Translations under genes and position numbers: made by a program
Part shown: positions 19,597 to 28,399 of the stretch, piece by piece
Position numbering within the stretch: position 1 is the first letter of the stretch
How the letters are laid out: every line of letters begins with the position of its first letter
Assembly: GCA_963808655.1 (NCBI GenBank)
Contig: CAWEGZ010000013.1
Span: 2,433-66,432, forward strand
Direction of reading: 5' to 3'
Source: an uncultured Solirubrobacterales bacterium
GTDB lineage: Bacteria > Actinomycetota > Thermoleophilia > Solirubrobacterales > Solirubrobacteraceae
DNA length: 64,000 bases
The notes under the pieces: generated by a model
Seen by the model: the letters and a program-made list of their open reading frames with translations, nothing else
Databases searched by the model: none
What the model was told of the DNA's origin: nothing

Positions 19597-21054
19597 ATGA
19601 GCATCGACTCGCCGTCGTTCGAGCCCGGCCGTCCCGTCGTTCTACGAGGCGGAACCGTGCTGACGATGGATACCGCTCACGCTGTCTTCCCCGACGCCGA
19701 CGTGCTCGTGATCGGCGAGCGGATCGCGGGGGTGGGCCCCGCACTCGAAGCGCCCGAGGGCGCAATCGAGATCGACGCTTCAGGCGGAATCGTCATGCCC
19801 GGAATGATCGACACCCATCGCCACATGTGGCAGACGGCGCTCCGGGGCTACGGCGCCGACTGGACGCTGACTCAGTACTTCGTCTGGTTCTACCTCGAGT
19901 GGGGCAAGATCTTCCGTCCGCAGGATGTCTACGCCGGCAACCTTCTGTCGGCAATCGAGGCCCTTGATGCCGGGGTGACGACGACCGTCGACTGGTCGCA
20001 CGGGTTGCAGACCGTGGACCATGCCGACGCTGCTGTCGACGCGCTTCAGGCCGTGCCGGGCCGCTTCGTGCTGGCCTACGGCAACATCCAGCAGGGACCG
20101 TGGGAGTGGGCCACCTCGCCTGATTTCCGCACCTTCGTCAAGCGCCGCTTCGACGGCTCTGACGAGATGCTCGGCTTGCAGATGGCCTTCGACGTCACTG
20201 GGGACCCCGAGTTCCCCGAGCACGCCGCGTTCGAGGTGGCGCGCGAGCTCGGCGTACCGGTGACGACGCATGCCGGCGTGTGGGGCGCCACGAATGACGA
20301 TGGCGTGCGCCTGATGCACGAGCACGGCTTCATGACGCCCGAGAACATCTACGTGCACGCCGCCACGTTGAACCGGGACTCATATCACCGGATCGCGGCC
20401 ACCGGCGGCTCGGCCTCAGTCTCGACGGAGAGCGAGCAGAGCGCGGGTCAGGGCTATCCGCCCACGTGGCGGCTGCGCCAGCACGGGATTCCCGTGTCGC
20501 TGTCGATGGACACGAGCGTGTGGTGGAGCGCCGATCTGTTCTCCGCGATGCGCGCCACGCTCAGCGCCGACCGTGCGCGGGAGCATCTCGAGGCCCAGGT
20601 TCGCGACGAGACCGTCACCCATCATGCCCTGCGGGCTGAACAGGTGGTGGAATGGGCGACACGAGGGGGCAGCCGGGCGCTGCGGCTCGACACGGTCCTG
20701 GGCAGCCTGGAGGAGGGCAAGAAGGCCGACATCGTGCTGATCAAGAACGACGCCTCGCCGGTGATGTTCCCCCTCCTGAATCCGTACGGGCATGTGGCGT
20801 TCCAAGCCCAGCGCGGCGACGTCGATACCGTCCTGGTCAACGGCCGCGTGGTCAAGCATGCGCATCGGCTCGTCGGCATCGACATGGCGAGTGCCCGGCA
20901 CGCGGTCGAGCGGACGGTTGAGTACGCGATGAGCGAACTCGGCGAGGAAGCGTGGCTGGCGGGCATGAACCCTGAGATCCCCAAGACAACGGTGCTGGAA
21001 AACCCCTACACCTACACCGACTGGGACGCCGGTTCGGCTCAGTGGAAGCATTGA
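19597..21054 (+). CDS. Metal-dependent amidohydrolase (SsnA/AtzA-like)
   Basis: PGMIDTHRH, TTHAG, LSMDT, GSLEEGKKADIV. Confidence 0.88.
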   Translation: MSIDSPSFEPGRPVVLRGGTVLTMDTAHAVFPDADVLVIGERIAGVGPALEAPEGAIEIDASGGIVMPGMIDTHRHMWQTALRGYGADWTLTQYFVWFYLEWGKIFRPQDVYAGNLLSAIEALDAGVTTTVDWSHGLQTVDHADAAVDALQAVPGRFVLAYGNIQQGPWEWATSPDFRTFVKRRFDGSDEMLGLQMAFDVTGDPEFPEHAAFEVARELGVPVTTHAGVWGATNDDGVRLMHEHGFMTPENIYVHAATLNRDSYHRIAATGGSASVSTESEQSAGQGYPPTWRLRQHGIPVSLSMDTSVWWSADLFSAMRATLSADRAREHLEAQVRDETVTHHALRAEQVVEWATRGGSRALRLDTVLGSLEEGKKADIVLIKNDASPVMFPLLNPYGHVAFQAQRGDVDTVLVNGRVVKHAHRLVGIDMASARHAVERTVEYAMSELGEEAWLAGMNPEIPKTTVLENPYTYTDWDAGSAQWKH

Positions 21055-21073
21055 ATTTGATGAGGAGGATGTG

Positions 21074-21907
21074 ATGAGTCCTTCGGCGGATGTAGTTGTC
21101 ACCGAGCGCGTCGCGAACGTCACGGCGGACCTGATCACCGCACTTCACGGGGTGCTGGAGCGCCACCACGTCACCGACGACGAGTGGCGGGCCGCCTTGA
21201 GCTTCCTGAGTGATGTCGGCCGCCACGATGAGTTCGTGCTCCTGTCCGACGTCACGCGCACGTCGGTCCTGATCGACGCGCTGTCCCACGAGCCCGAGGG
21301 CTCCGGCGCGACGGCAAGCGATGTCGAGGGGCCCATGTACCGGGAGCAGCCGCCCTGGCGCGAGCGGCCGGTGAAGATCTACGAGGACTACGAAGGTATG
21401 GGCGACGGGCCGGTGCTATTTGTCGCCGGACGAGTCACCTCCACCGATGGCGCGCCGCTGCTCGGCGCGTGCATCGATGTGTGGCAGACGGGTCCCACCG
21501 GCGGCTACGACGTATGGGATCCGCGCCAGCCGCCTTACAACTTCCGTGGGCGCTTCGGCGTGGATGAGTCCGGGTTCTACGAGTTCCAGACGATGGTGCC
21601 GCAGCCCTACACCGTGCCGACCGAGGGCCCCGTCGGCCGCTACCTGGAGATGGTCGGCCAGCACCCGTGGCGCCCCGCGCATATCCACCTCAAGGTCGAC
21701 GCTCAGGGCCACCAGCCGCTGATCACGCAGGTCTTCTTCCCAGAGGATCCGTACCTCGATAACGACACGATCGGCGCCGTCAAGCCGGTGCTGGTGCGTC
21801 CGCTGATCCGCCACGACGACGCCGGCGCGAAGGCGGAGCGCGGCTTGGACCAGCCGTTCTACACCTGCGAGTTCGACGTCAAGTTGAGCCCGGCGCCCGG
21901 AGCTTGA
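21074..21907 (+). CDS. Intradiol ring-cleavage dioxygenase (catechol/hydroxyquinol 1,2-dioxygenase family)
   Basis: EFVLLSD, VEGPMY, DVWQ...GGYD, PQPY and WRPAHIH Fe(III) ligand pattern. Confidence 0.88.
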   Translation: MSPSADVVVTERVANVTADLITALHGVLERHHVTDDEWRAALSFLSDVGRHDEFVLLSDVTRTSVLIDALSHEPEGSGATASDVEGPMYREQPPWRERPVKIYEDYEGMGDGPVLFVAGRVTSTDGAPLLGACIDVWQTGPTGGYDVWDPRQPPYNFRGRFGVDESGFYEFQTMVPQPYTVPTEGPVGRYLEMVGQHPWRPAHIHLKVDAQGHQPLITQVFFPEDPYLDNDTIGAVKPVLVRPLIRHDDAGAKAERGLDQPFYTCEFDVKLSPAPGA

Positions 21908-22740
21908 GCGAAAACGGGACCACTCAATCGGCGGAGTGGGGGCCTCAGCGACGCCGCGCGGCGGTGGCCGTCACCTTTGACAATCTCGGCGAGGCGTCCG
22001 ATCTCGAGCGCGGGCGCTGGCGAGGTGACGAGCCGCTCGGCCACCATGTCTCGGTGACGCGCGCCCTGCCCCGCGTGCTCGCGCTGCTGTCCGAGGACCG
22101 CCTGCCCGCCACCTTCTTCCTCGAGGGGGTGAACGCACAGCTCTATCCAGAGGCGCTGCGGACCATCGGGGCGGCCGGCCATGAGGTCGCCTACCACGGC
22201 TGGCGCCACGAAAGGTGGGCGGATCTGAGCCCCGGGCAGGAGCGTCAGCTGCTCGCGCGGGGAGTCAGTGCGCTCGGGCAACTGGGGCTGCGACCGGTCG
22301 GCTTCCGGCCGCCAGAGGGGGCGCTCAAGTCCTCGGCGTGGGGCGCGCTCGCCGACGCTGGGTTCACCTACTGCTCGCCGGCCGCAGACACCGTGGCTTG
22401 GCGCCACGGTCTGGCGGTCCTGCCGTTCCGCTGGACGGTGATCGATGCCTTTCACTACCTGCCGCATTTCGCGCCGCGGCGGCGCGCGGCCATTGGCCAG
22501 TCCGGGGTGCTGCCACCGGCCGCGCTGCGCGCCACCGTGTCTGAGGCGCTACGGGACGCGATCAGCCGGGGCACATTTCTCGCGCTGCTCTTCCACCCGT
22601 TCCTCGCGGACACCGATGCGCGGCTGGGGACGATCCGTGCGGTGCTGGGCGAGGTGCGCGCGCGCGTAGATCAGGGGGAGGTGTGGTGCACGTCGATGCG
22701 CGACATCGCCAGGTGGATGCGGGAGCAGCGCCAGGCGTAG
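21904..22740 (+). CDS. Polysaccharide deacetylase (NodB/PuuE-like) family protein
   Basis: VTFDN, ATFF, HEVAYHGWRHE, GFRPP, LFHP; overlaps the upstream stop codon. Confidence 0.8.
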   Translation: MSENGTTQSAEWGPQRRRAAVAVTFDNLGEASDLERGRWRGDEPLGHHVSVTRALPRVLALLSEDRLPATFFLEGVNAQLYPEALRTIGAAGHEVAYHGWRHERWADLSPGQERQLLARGVSALGQLGLRPVGFRPPEGALKSSAWGALADAGFTYCSPAADTVAWRHGLAVLPFRWTVIDAFHYLPHFAPRRRAAIGQSGVLPPAALRATVSEALRDAISRGTFLALLFHPFLADTDARLGTIRAVLGEVRARVDQGEVWCTSMRDIARWMREQRQA

Positions 22741-22745
22741 GCGCT

Positions 22746-23822
22746 TCACAGTCGCGCCCGCACGAGCCTCGCGCCCTCGGCGAGTGCGCGCAGCTTCGCA
22801 TAGGCAGCGTCGCGCGCGAGATATTTCATCCCGCAGTCCGGGCCCACCTGGAGACGCTCTGCCGGCACGACCGTGAGCGCCCGCTCGATCCGCTCGGCGA
22901 CCAGCTCGGGCGTCTCCGGCGCGGCGTCGTCGGAGAGGTCGAGAACCCCTAGGATGACCGTCTTCTCGCTGATCGGTGCGAGCACCGCCGGGTCGAGCCT
23001 TGGCTGCGCGGCCTCGATCGCAAGCTGGTCAGCCGCACAGTCCAGCAGCTCGGCCAGGAACGGGTAGCCGGGCGGACGCTCGTGAACGACGTGGGCGTAG
23101 CCGAAGCACGTATGCAAGGCGGTCGTTGAAGGAGCGTCCTGCAGCGCTCGATTGATCGCCGGCAGCGCGTAGTCGCGGGCCTGCTCGGCACGGGCCTGGA
23201 GCCATGGCTCGTCGATCTGGACGACGTCCGCGCCCGCCGCGAATAGGTCGTGCAGCTCATCGTTGACCGCCGCGGCAAGATCCAGCGCGAGGTCCGCGAG
23301 GTCTGCGTAGGCCTCGTTGTACACCTGCTGGCTCATAGTGAACGGCCCGGGCAGCGTGATCTTGGTCATGCGCTCGGTGTGCGCACGGAGGAAGCGCAGG
23401 TCGTCTACTTCAACCGGCCGGGTGCGCCGGACGCGCCCGACGACCCGCGGCACCGCGTTCGTCCCGCCCGCGCGACCGGGCACGATCGCCGGGTGCTCGA
23501 TGTCCATGCCCTCGAGTGCCGTCACAAACCGGTTGGAATAGCTCTCCCGTCGGATCTCGCCGTCGGTGAGGATGTCGATGCCGGCCCGCTCGAAGTCCCG
23601 GATGGCGAGCGCCGTGGCGTCGTCTTGGGCCTGGCGGAGCAACGGCTCGGGGATGCGCCACAGCTCCCGGGCGCGGACGCGGGCGGGCAACGAGCTACGC
23701 AGGCGTTCGCGGTCAATCAGCCAGTCCGGCTGCGGATAGCTGCCGATCAGCGTCGTGGCGAGGGGCGGGGCGGCGCGCGTGCCGTCGCGTGCCTTCGTGC
23801 CGCGCTGGCTGCCGCCGCGCAC
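22746..23822 (-). CDS. Cobalamin-independent methionine synthase II family protein (single domain)
   Basis: TTLIGSYPQP, TDGEIRR, QIDEP, LHTC and PDCG zinc ligands; start uncertain. Confidence 0.85.
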   Translation of the reverse strand: MRGGSQRGTKARDGTRAAPPLATTLIGSYPQPDWLIDRERLRSSLPARVRARELWRIPEPLLRQAQDDATALAIRDFERAGIDILTDGEIRRESYSNRFVTALEGMDIEHPAIVPGRAGGTNAVPRVVGRVRRTRPVEVDDLRFLRAHTERMTKITLPGPFTMSQQVYNEAYADLADLALDLAAAVNDELHDLFAAGADVVQIDEPWLQARAEQARDYALPAINRALQDAPSTTALHTCFGYAHVVHERPPGYPFLAELLDCAADQLAIEAAQPRLDPAVLAPISEKTVILGVLDLSDDAAPETPELVAERIERALTVVPAERLQVGPDCGMKYLARDAAYAKLRALAEGARLVRARL

Positions 23823-23830
23823 GGCGGGGC

Positions 23831-24574
23831 TCAGCCAGACGCTGCCCGAGCCCTCGCTCCGGCAGCGGTCGCTTCATACTGGTCGTGGCGGCGCCACCAG
23901 TCGCCGGGTGCCAGCTCGTTGCGTCCGAGCGGCGCCAGGTCCAGGTAGGCGTAGGTTCCCACCACCTGCTCCAGCCCGCGGGCGTATGTGGAGTAGGTGT
24001 GGTACACGCTCCCGCCCTCGAGCGCGAAGACGCTCAGCCCCGGGGCCTGCTGCCCGGGATCGTCAGTGTGGCGGTAGTTGTACTCGGCGCCGTTTCGCTG
24101 CTGCTCCTCGGTGAAGGCGGCATCGAAGTCGTACCTGAAATCGCTGCCGAGCGACGAGACCCAGGGAAACCGCCAGCCCATCCGCTGCTTGTACGGGTGC
24201 AGCTCTTCGAGCGGGGCGATCGATTCGGCCACCAGCGTCACGTCGTGGCCCCTGAGGTGGCGAAGAACGCCGTCGAAGTGATCGGCGACCAAGGAGCACC
24301 CTCTGCAGCCGGGGTTGTGCTCGTCGACGTCGTCCCCGTAGCCGAACATGAAGTGGTAGACGAGCAGCTGTGAGCGGCCGTCGAAGAGCTCGAGCAGGGT
24401 CTTCTTTCCGTCATCGGTCTCGAAGACGTAGTGCTTCTCGATCGGCACCCAGGGGAGCCGCTGCCGACGGCTGGCGAGCTCATCGCCACGCCGCATGTGT
24501 TCCTTCTCGGCGTCGAGCAGCTCGCGCCGGGCTGAGAGCCACTCCTCTCGTGTTCCGACCCTGTGATTGGTCAT
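23831..24574 (-). CDS. DUF899 thioredoxin-fold protein
   Basis: EWLSARRELL, LFDGRSQLLVYHFM, CRGCS, YHTYSTYARG, WWRRHDQY. Confidence 0.88.
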   Translation of the reverse strand: MTNHRVGTREEWLSARRELLDAEKEHMRRGDELASRRQRLPWVPIEKHYVFETDDGKKTLLELFDGRSQLLVYHFMFGYGDDVDEHNPGCRGCSLVADHFDGVLRHLRGHDVTLVAESIAPLEELHPYKQRMGWRFPWVSSLGSDFRYDFDAAFTEEQQRNGAEYNYRHTDDPGQQAPGLSVFALEGGSVYHTYSTYARGLEQVVGTYAYLDLAPLGRNELAPGDWWRRHDQYEATAAGARARAASG

Positions 24575-24759
24575 CGTTTCTCTCCTCACCCGGTGCGTTC
24601 CCGCGCTCCGGTATCGACGACTCGTTTTGGCGGTTGGAGACCCTATGGTGTCGAAGCCCCCGATTTGGCGTCGCCTCCGAAGGTTGCGGCTGGCGGTTTG
24701 CGGCCGGGTCCGGCAGACTGACGGTGGATCCGATGGTGGCTCGTAGGTCTCGACTGGTC

Positions 24760-25527
24760 ATGCGCCTCGCTGCGCTCGCGTTCTTAGGGCTCGCGCTGGC
24801 GCTCGCCGGCTGCGGCACGAGCGGCGCTCGCGACAGCGCCCGCCGCAACGGCGGCCGCACCAGCGCGCAGAGCGATGCGCTGGCCAGCGCGACGGTGCGC
24901 ATCCATCCGCACGCGGTCGAGCCATCGACGGGCGCCCCCCAGTCCCGGGCCACGACCAGCTCGTCTGCGGTCTCTGCGGGCGCGAGTGCCCCGGCGGGTA
25001 GCGACCCCACCGCGCACGCGCCTCCGCTCGCTTCCGTCAGGCGGGAGCTGCACCTCGAGTACGTCGCCGCGCACGCGACCAGCGCCACCTACATCAACCC
25101 GCTGCACTACGTCACCTGCTGCGGGGTGTGGGAGCGCACCGACCAGGGAGTTGATGCGACGATGCCGATCGGGGCGCCAATTCTCGCCCCCTCGAGAGTG
25201 AAGATCCTCGGCATCGAGCCCGGCTGGTATGCGGGGCAGCCCTTGATCTACTTTGAGCTTCTGGGGGGACCCCAGGCCGGCAAGATCCAGTACGTCGCCG
25301 AGGAGATCACCAATCTGGCACGCCCGGGAAGCATCCTCCAGCAGGGGCAGGCGATTGCTCGTTTCGCCGCGTCAGGGACTGGCATCGAGTATGGCTGGTC
25401 CACGCCGAGCGGAGTAACGCTCGCGGTCGCGACCACCGGTTACGAGGAAGGTCAGATCACCCCGGCGGGCAGGTGGATGCGCGCGTGGCTGAACGCCCTC
25501 GGCGCTAAGGCCGGTCCCAACACCTGA
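24760..25527 (+). CDS. Lipoprotein with degenerate M23 peptidase-like C-terminal domain
   Basis: LALAGC lipobox, Ala/Ser linker, RTDQGVDATMPIGAPILAP...LQQGQAIA...GTGIEYGW; alternative start 24733. Confidence 0.6.
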   Translation: MRLAALAFLGLALALAGCGTSGARDSARRNGGRTSAQSDALASATVRIHPHAVEPSTGAPQSRATTSSSAVSAGASAPAGSDPTAHAPPLASVRRELHLEYVAAHATSATYINPLHYVTCCGVWERTDQGVDATMPIGAPILAPSRVKILGIEPGWYAGQPLIYFELLGGPQAGKIQYVAEEITNLARPGSILQQGQAIARFAASGTGIEYGWSTPSGVTLAVATTGYEEGQITPAGRWMRAWLNALGAKAGPNT

Positions 25528-25599
25528 TCACCGCGGCGCAGCGCGCTCGGCGAGCGGCGTCGGCGACGAGCGCCGGACGGTCAGCCAGTATGCACGGCG

Positions 25600-26481
25600 G
25601 TGAACGCCCAGACGATCATCGCCCTCTGCCTGGCGGCGGCCTCGACCACACTCACCAACCTCGCGTATCTGCGCGAGCACGACGCCGCGGCGTCGCTGCC
25701 GGTGTTGTCCATGCGCCGGCCCCTGCATTCGCTGCACCTCCTGCTGACAAGCCGCGGGTGGCTGCTCGGATTTGCCATGGAGACCGGTGGATTCCTGCTC
25801 TATGCCGCGGCGCTCGCGCTGGCATCGCTTGCGCTCGTGCAGAGCATTGCCGCGGGTGGCATCGGGGTGCTCGGGTATATCGGGGGGCGGATGAGCGGAC
25901 GCCGGCTGGACGCGCGCCATCGCGTCGGCGTGGGTCTCTCGATCCTCGGCCTGGCGGCGCTCGGCGTCTCTCTCGCCAAGAGCAGCGGCGCCGGTGGACA
26001 CGGGTCGGTGCCCGGGATCCTGATCTGGATCGGCGCCACGGCGGCGCTGGCGGGGGTACTGCTTGCCGTCGGCCGCCGAGGACGTTCGATCGCGGTCGTC
26101 GAGGGCGTGGCGGGTGGCCTGTTCTTCTCAATCGGGGACTTCTCGACCAAGATCGCGACCCAAGGCGGTGTACGCGCCGCCTTCGTGGTCACGCTGATCC
26201 TCGGCTACACGCTGGGCACGTCGCTATTGCAGTTGGGATACCAGCGCGGTGGCGCGCTCACGGTCGCGGGTCTCGCCACACTGGTCACAAACGCGCTTCC
26301 GATTCTCGCCGGGACGATCATTTTGCACGAGCCGGTTCCGCCCGGCGCCTGGGGCGCTCTGCGCATCCTCGCCTTCGTCGCGGTCACCGCGGGGGCCATA
26401 CTGCTTGCCTCCCCCGATCAGCAGGGCAGCACCGAGTCAGACAAACGCGGGGAGCCTCGTCCCGCCACGGGTAGCAGTTAG
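25600..26481 (+). CDS. DMT-like integral membrane protein
   Basis: About 9 hydrophobic segments; ALALASLALVQS and GTIILHEP. Confidence 0.7.
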   Translation: MNAQTIIALCLAAASTTLTNLAYLREHDAAASLPVLSMRRPLHSLHLLLTSRGWLLGFAMETGGFLLYAAALALASLALVQSIAAGGIGVLGYIGGRMSGRRLDARHRVGVGLSILGLAALGVSLAKSSGAGGHGSVPGILIWIGATAALAGVLLAVGRRGRSIAVVEGVAGGLFFSIGDFSTKIATQGGVRAAFVVTLILGYTLGTSLLQLGYQRGGALTVAGLATLVTNALPILAGTIILHEPVPPGAWGALRILAFVAVTAGAILLASPDQQGSTESDKRGEPRPATGSS

Positions 26482-26515
26482 CGACGAGTCGAGGGCGAAA
26501 GAGCGCCTTCGATAT

Positions 26516-26531
26516 AGTTGACGAGTCAACT
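26516..26531. promoter_or_regulatory. Palindromic operator AGTTGAC-ga-GTCAACT upstream of the DoxX gene
   Basis: Perfect 7-bp inverted repeat 18 bp before the ATG. Confidence 0.55.
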
Positions 26532-26549
26532 TCGAGCCAAGGAGATGCG

Positions 26550-27131
26550 ATGAAGCTAGGAAGACTGCTATTGCGCGGGGCGGTGGGTGGTTTCTTCGTC
26601 GGGCACGGGACCCAGAAGCTGTACGGCTGGTTCGGCGGTCACGGGTTGGACGGAACCTCCCAGATGTTCGAGAGCCTCGGCGCGAGGCCCGGGCGGGTGA
26701 ACGCGATCGCCGCCGGAGCGGCCGAGGCCGGCGGTGGCGCCTTGTTGTTGCTCGGGTTTGCGACCCCGCTGGCGGCGTCCGCGATCACCTCGGTGATGCT
26801 GACCGCGATCAAGCGCGTGCATTTCAAAAACGGCCCCTGGGTGACCAACGGCGGCTACGAGTACAACGCGGTGCTCATTGCGGCCGCGCTGACGCTGGCC
26901 GAGATTGGTCCCGGGAGTCCCTCGCTTGACTCCGCTCTGGACATGGACATGTATGGCCCGGGTTGGGCGTTCGCGGCGCTTGCGAGCGGTGCTGCCGGCG
27001 CGGTCGGCGCACACCTCTACGCGGAGAACCAGCCGGATGTGGCAGCCGCGTCGCAGACCCCGTCGGCCACGGCCGAGCAGGAAGTGAGCGAGCAGCCGCC
27101 CGCGACGACAGCCACGGAGGCGACCGCCTAA
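26550..27131 (+). CDS. DoxX family membrane protein
   Basis: GHGTQKLYGWFGG...AEAGGG...GGYEYN...GPGSPSLD. Confidence 0.88.
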   Translation: MKLGRLLLRGAVGGFFVGHGTQKLYGWFGGHGLDGTSQMFESLGARPGRVNAIAAGAAEAGGGALLLLGFATPLAASAITSVMLTAIKRVHFKNGPWVTNGGYEYNAVLIAAALTLAEIGPGSPSLDSALDMDMYGPGWAFAALASGAAGAVGAHLYAENQPDVAAASQTPSATAEQEVSEQPPATTATEATA

Positions 27132-27146
27132 GTTCCTATTCAGGTT

Positions 27147-27218
27147 GGCCGGGGCACATGTGCCCCGGCCCCGGCCGGAACATGTTCCGGCCGGCGGGGG
27201 CGCGCATGCGCGCCCCCG
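27147..27218. repeat. Triple 24-bp perfect palindrome element, copy 1
   Basis: GGCCGGGGCACATGTGCCCCGGCC / CCGGCCGGAACATGTTCCGGCCGG / CGGGGGCGCGCATGCGCGCCCCCG, abutting; lies between convergent genes. Confidence 0.95.
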
Positions 27219-27224
27219 ATCATT

Positions 27225-27806
27225 TTAAGTGGGCATCACCGGGCTCTCGATCTCCACGGCCATCCCCCGCGCGGCGGCAAGCTGCTCGAGCATCACCGCC
27301 GTGTCGGCGATCGCCACGCCGGTCAGATGGCCCTGACGCCGCTCGAAGTCGCGCACGATCTCCTCGAGTGCGTCCGCGAATGACCGCTCGTCGTGCGCCG
27401 CCAGCGCCGCGATCGCGCGCGCGGTGCGGGCGAAGGAATCGCCACCCGCGGCCATCGCCTCGCTGAAGCGGCGGGCGTCGGCATCGTCGCCTCCGATCAG
27501 CGCCACTAGCGCGCGGGCGTAGGAGGCCGTCGGCGAGCCCACGACTCCCTGCTCATTGACCAGCGCCTCGCGCGCATAGTCGGCCGCGGGAACCGCATCG
27601 CCCGCGAGCACGGCCGATTTGAGCAATCCAACCAGCCGGCCGTAGCTTGTCGGTGAGGCCTGCTCCCAAGAGCGGCGGTATAGCTCGGCGGAGGCGGCAA
27701 AGGCAGCGCGGGCGCCGGCGCGATCGCCCGCGAGCAGGGCTCGCTGCCCTTCGGCATCGTGTTCGATCGCTGCGGACATGAGCTCCTTATGCGAGGGCTG
27801 CGGCAC
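27225..27806 (-). CDS. Hypothetical alpha-helical (TPR-like) protein
   Basis: Ala-rich helical ORF with [21 protein letters not shown]; GTG 27806 follows a TAGTCT -10-like box; alternative start ATG 27779. Confidence 0.65.
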   Translation of the reverse strand: MPQPSHKELMSAAIEHDAEGQRALLAGDRAGARAAFAASAELYRRSWEQASPTSYGRLVGLLKSAVLAGDAVPAADYAREALVNEQGVVGSPTASYARALVALIGGDDADARRFSEAMAAGGDSFARTARAIAALAAHDERSFADALEEIVRDFERRQGHLTGVAIADTAVMLEQLAAARGMAVEIESPVMPT

Positions 27807-27892
27807 CGCGGTCAGACTACGCCCGCGGCGCTCGACACCGCCCAGCCCTGTGGAGTACGGTGACAGCCTGCCACGAACGTCAGGAGGAGAGG

Positions 27893-28399
27893 ATGAGCGC
27901 AATCGTCTCTGTGCGTCTCAGGGTGAACGGCGTCGAGCGCGAGCTTGCACTCGAGCCACGCGTGCTCCTTGTACATGCCCTCCGTGAGCACCTTGGCCTG
28001 ACCGGTACGCACGTCGGCTGCGACACCTCGAACTGCGGCGCCTGCACGGTGCATCTGGACGGCCGCGCGGTCAAGTCATGCACGGTGCTGGCCGTGCAGG
28101 CCGACGGCGCCGAGGTGACGACAATCGAGGGTCTCGCCTCGGAGGGTCAGCTGCACCCGGTGCAGGAAGCCTTCTGGAACGACCACGGACTCCAGTGCGG
28201 CTACTGCACCCCGGGCATGATCATGGCCGCCACGGCCCTGCTCTCGGAGAACCCCAATCCCTCCGAGGACGAGGTCCGCCACACACTTGAGGGCAACCTG
28301 TGCCGTTGCACCGGCTACCACAACATAGTCAGGGCGGTGCTCGACGCGGCCAAGGCCAAAAGCCCCGCGATTCCGACACGGGAAGAGGTGCGCGCATGA
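27893..28399 (+). CDS. coxS: Molybdo-hydroxylase small (2Fe-2S) subunit, CoxS/CutS-like
   Basis: [29 protein letters not shown]. Confidence 0.92.
   Translation: MSAIVSVRLRVNGVERELALEPRVLLVHALREHLGLTGTHVGCDTSNCGACTVHLDGRAVKSCTVLAVQADGAEVTTIEGLASEGQLHPVQEAFWNDHGLQCGYCTPGMIMAATALLSENPNPSEDEVRHTLEGNLCRCTGYHNIVRAVLDAAKAKSPAIPTREEVRA

Noticed and set aside
23823-24730. SAM or cobalamin riboswitch upstream of the methionine synthase-like gene
   Set aside because: The gene follows DUF899 after only 8 bp, and I could not recognise aptamer motifs upstream of DUF899.
27171-27194. GAAC-AT-GTTC core as a LexA SOS box or a parS site
   Set aside because: The Gram-positive SOS box needs GAAC-N4-GTTC (here N2) and parS is GTTTCACGTGAAAC-like. 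Neither explains the two flanking palindromes.
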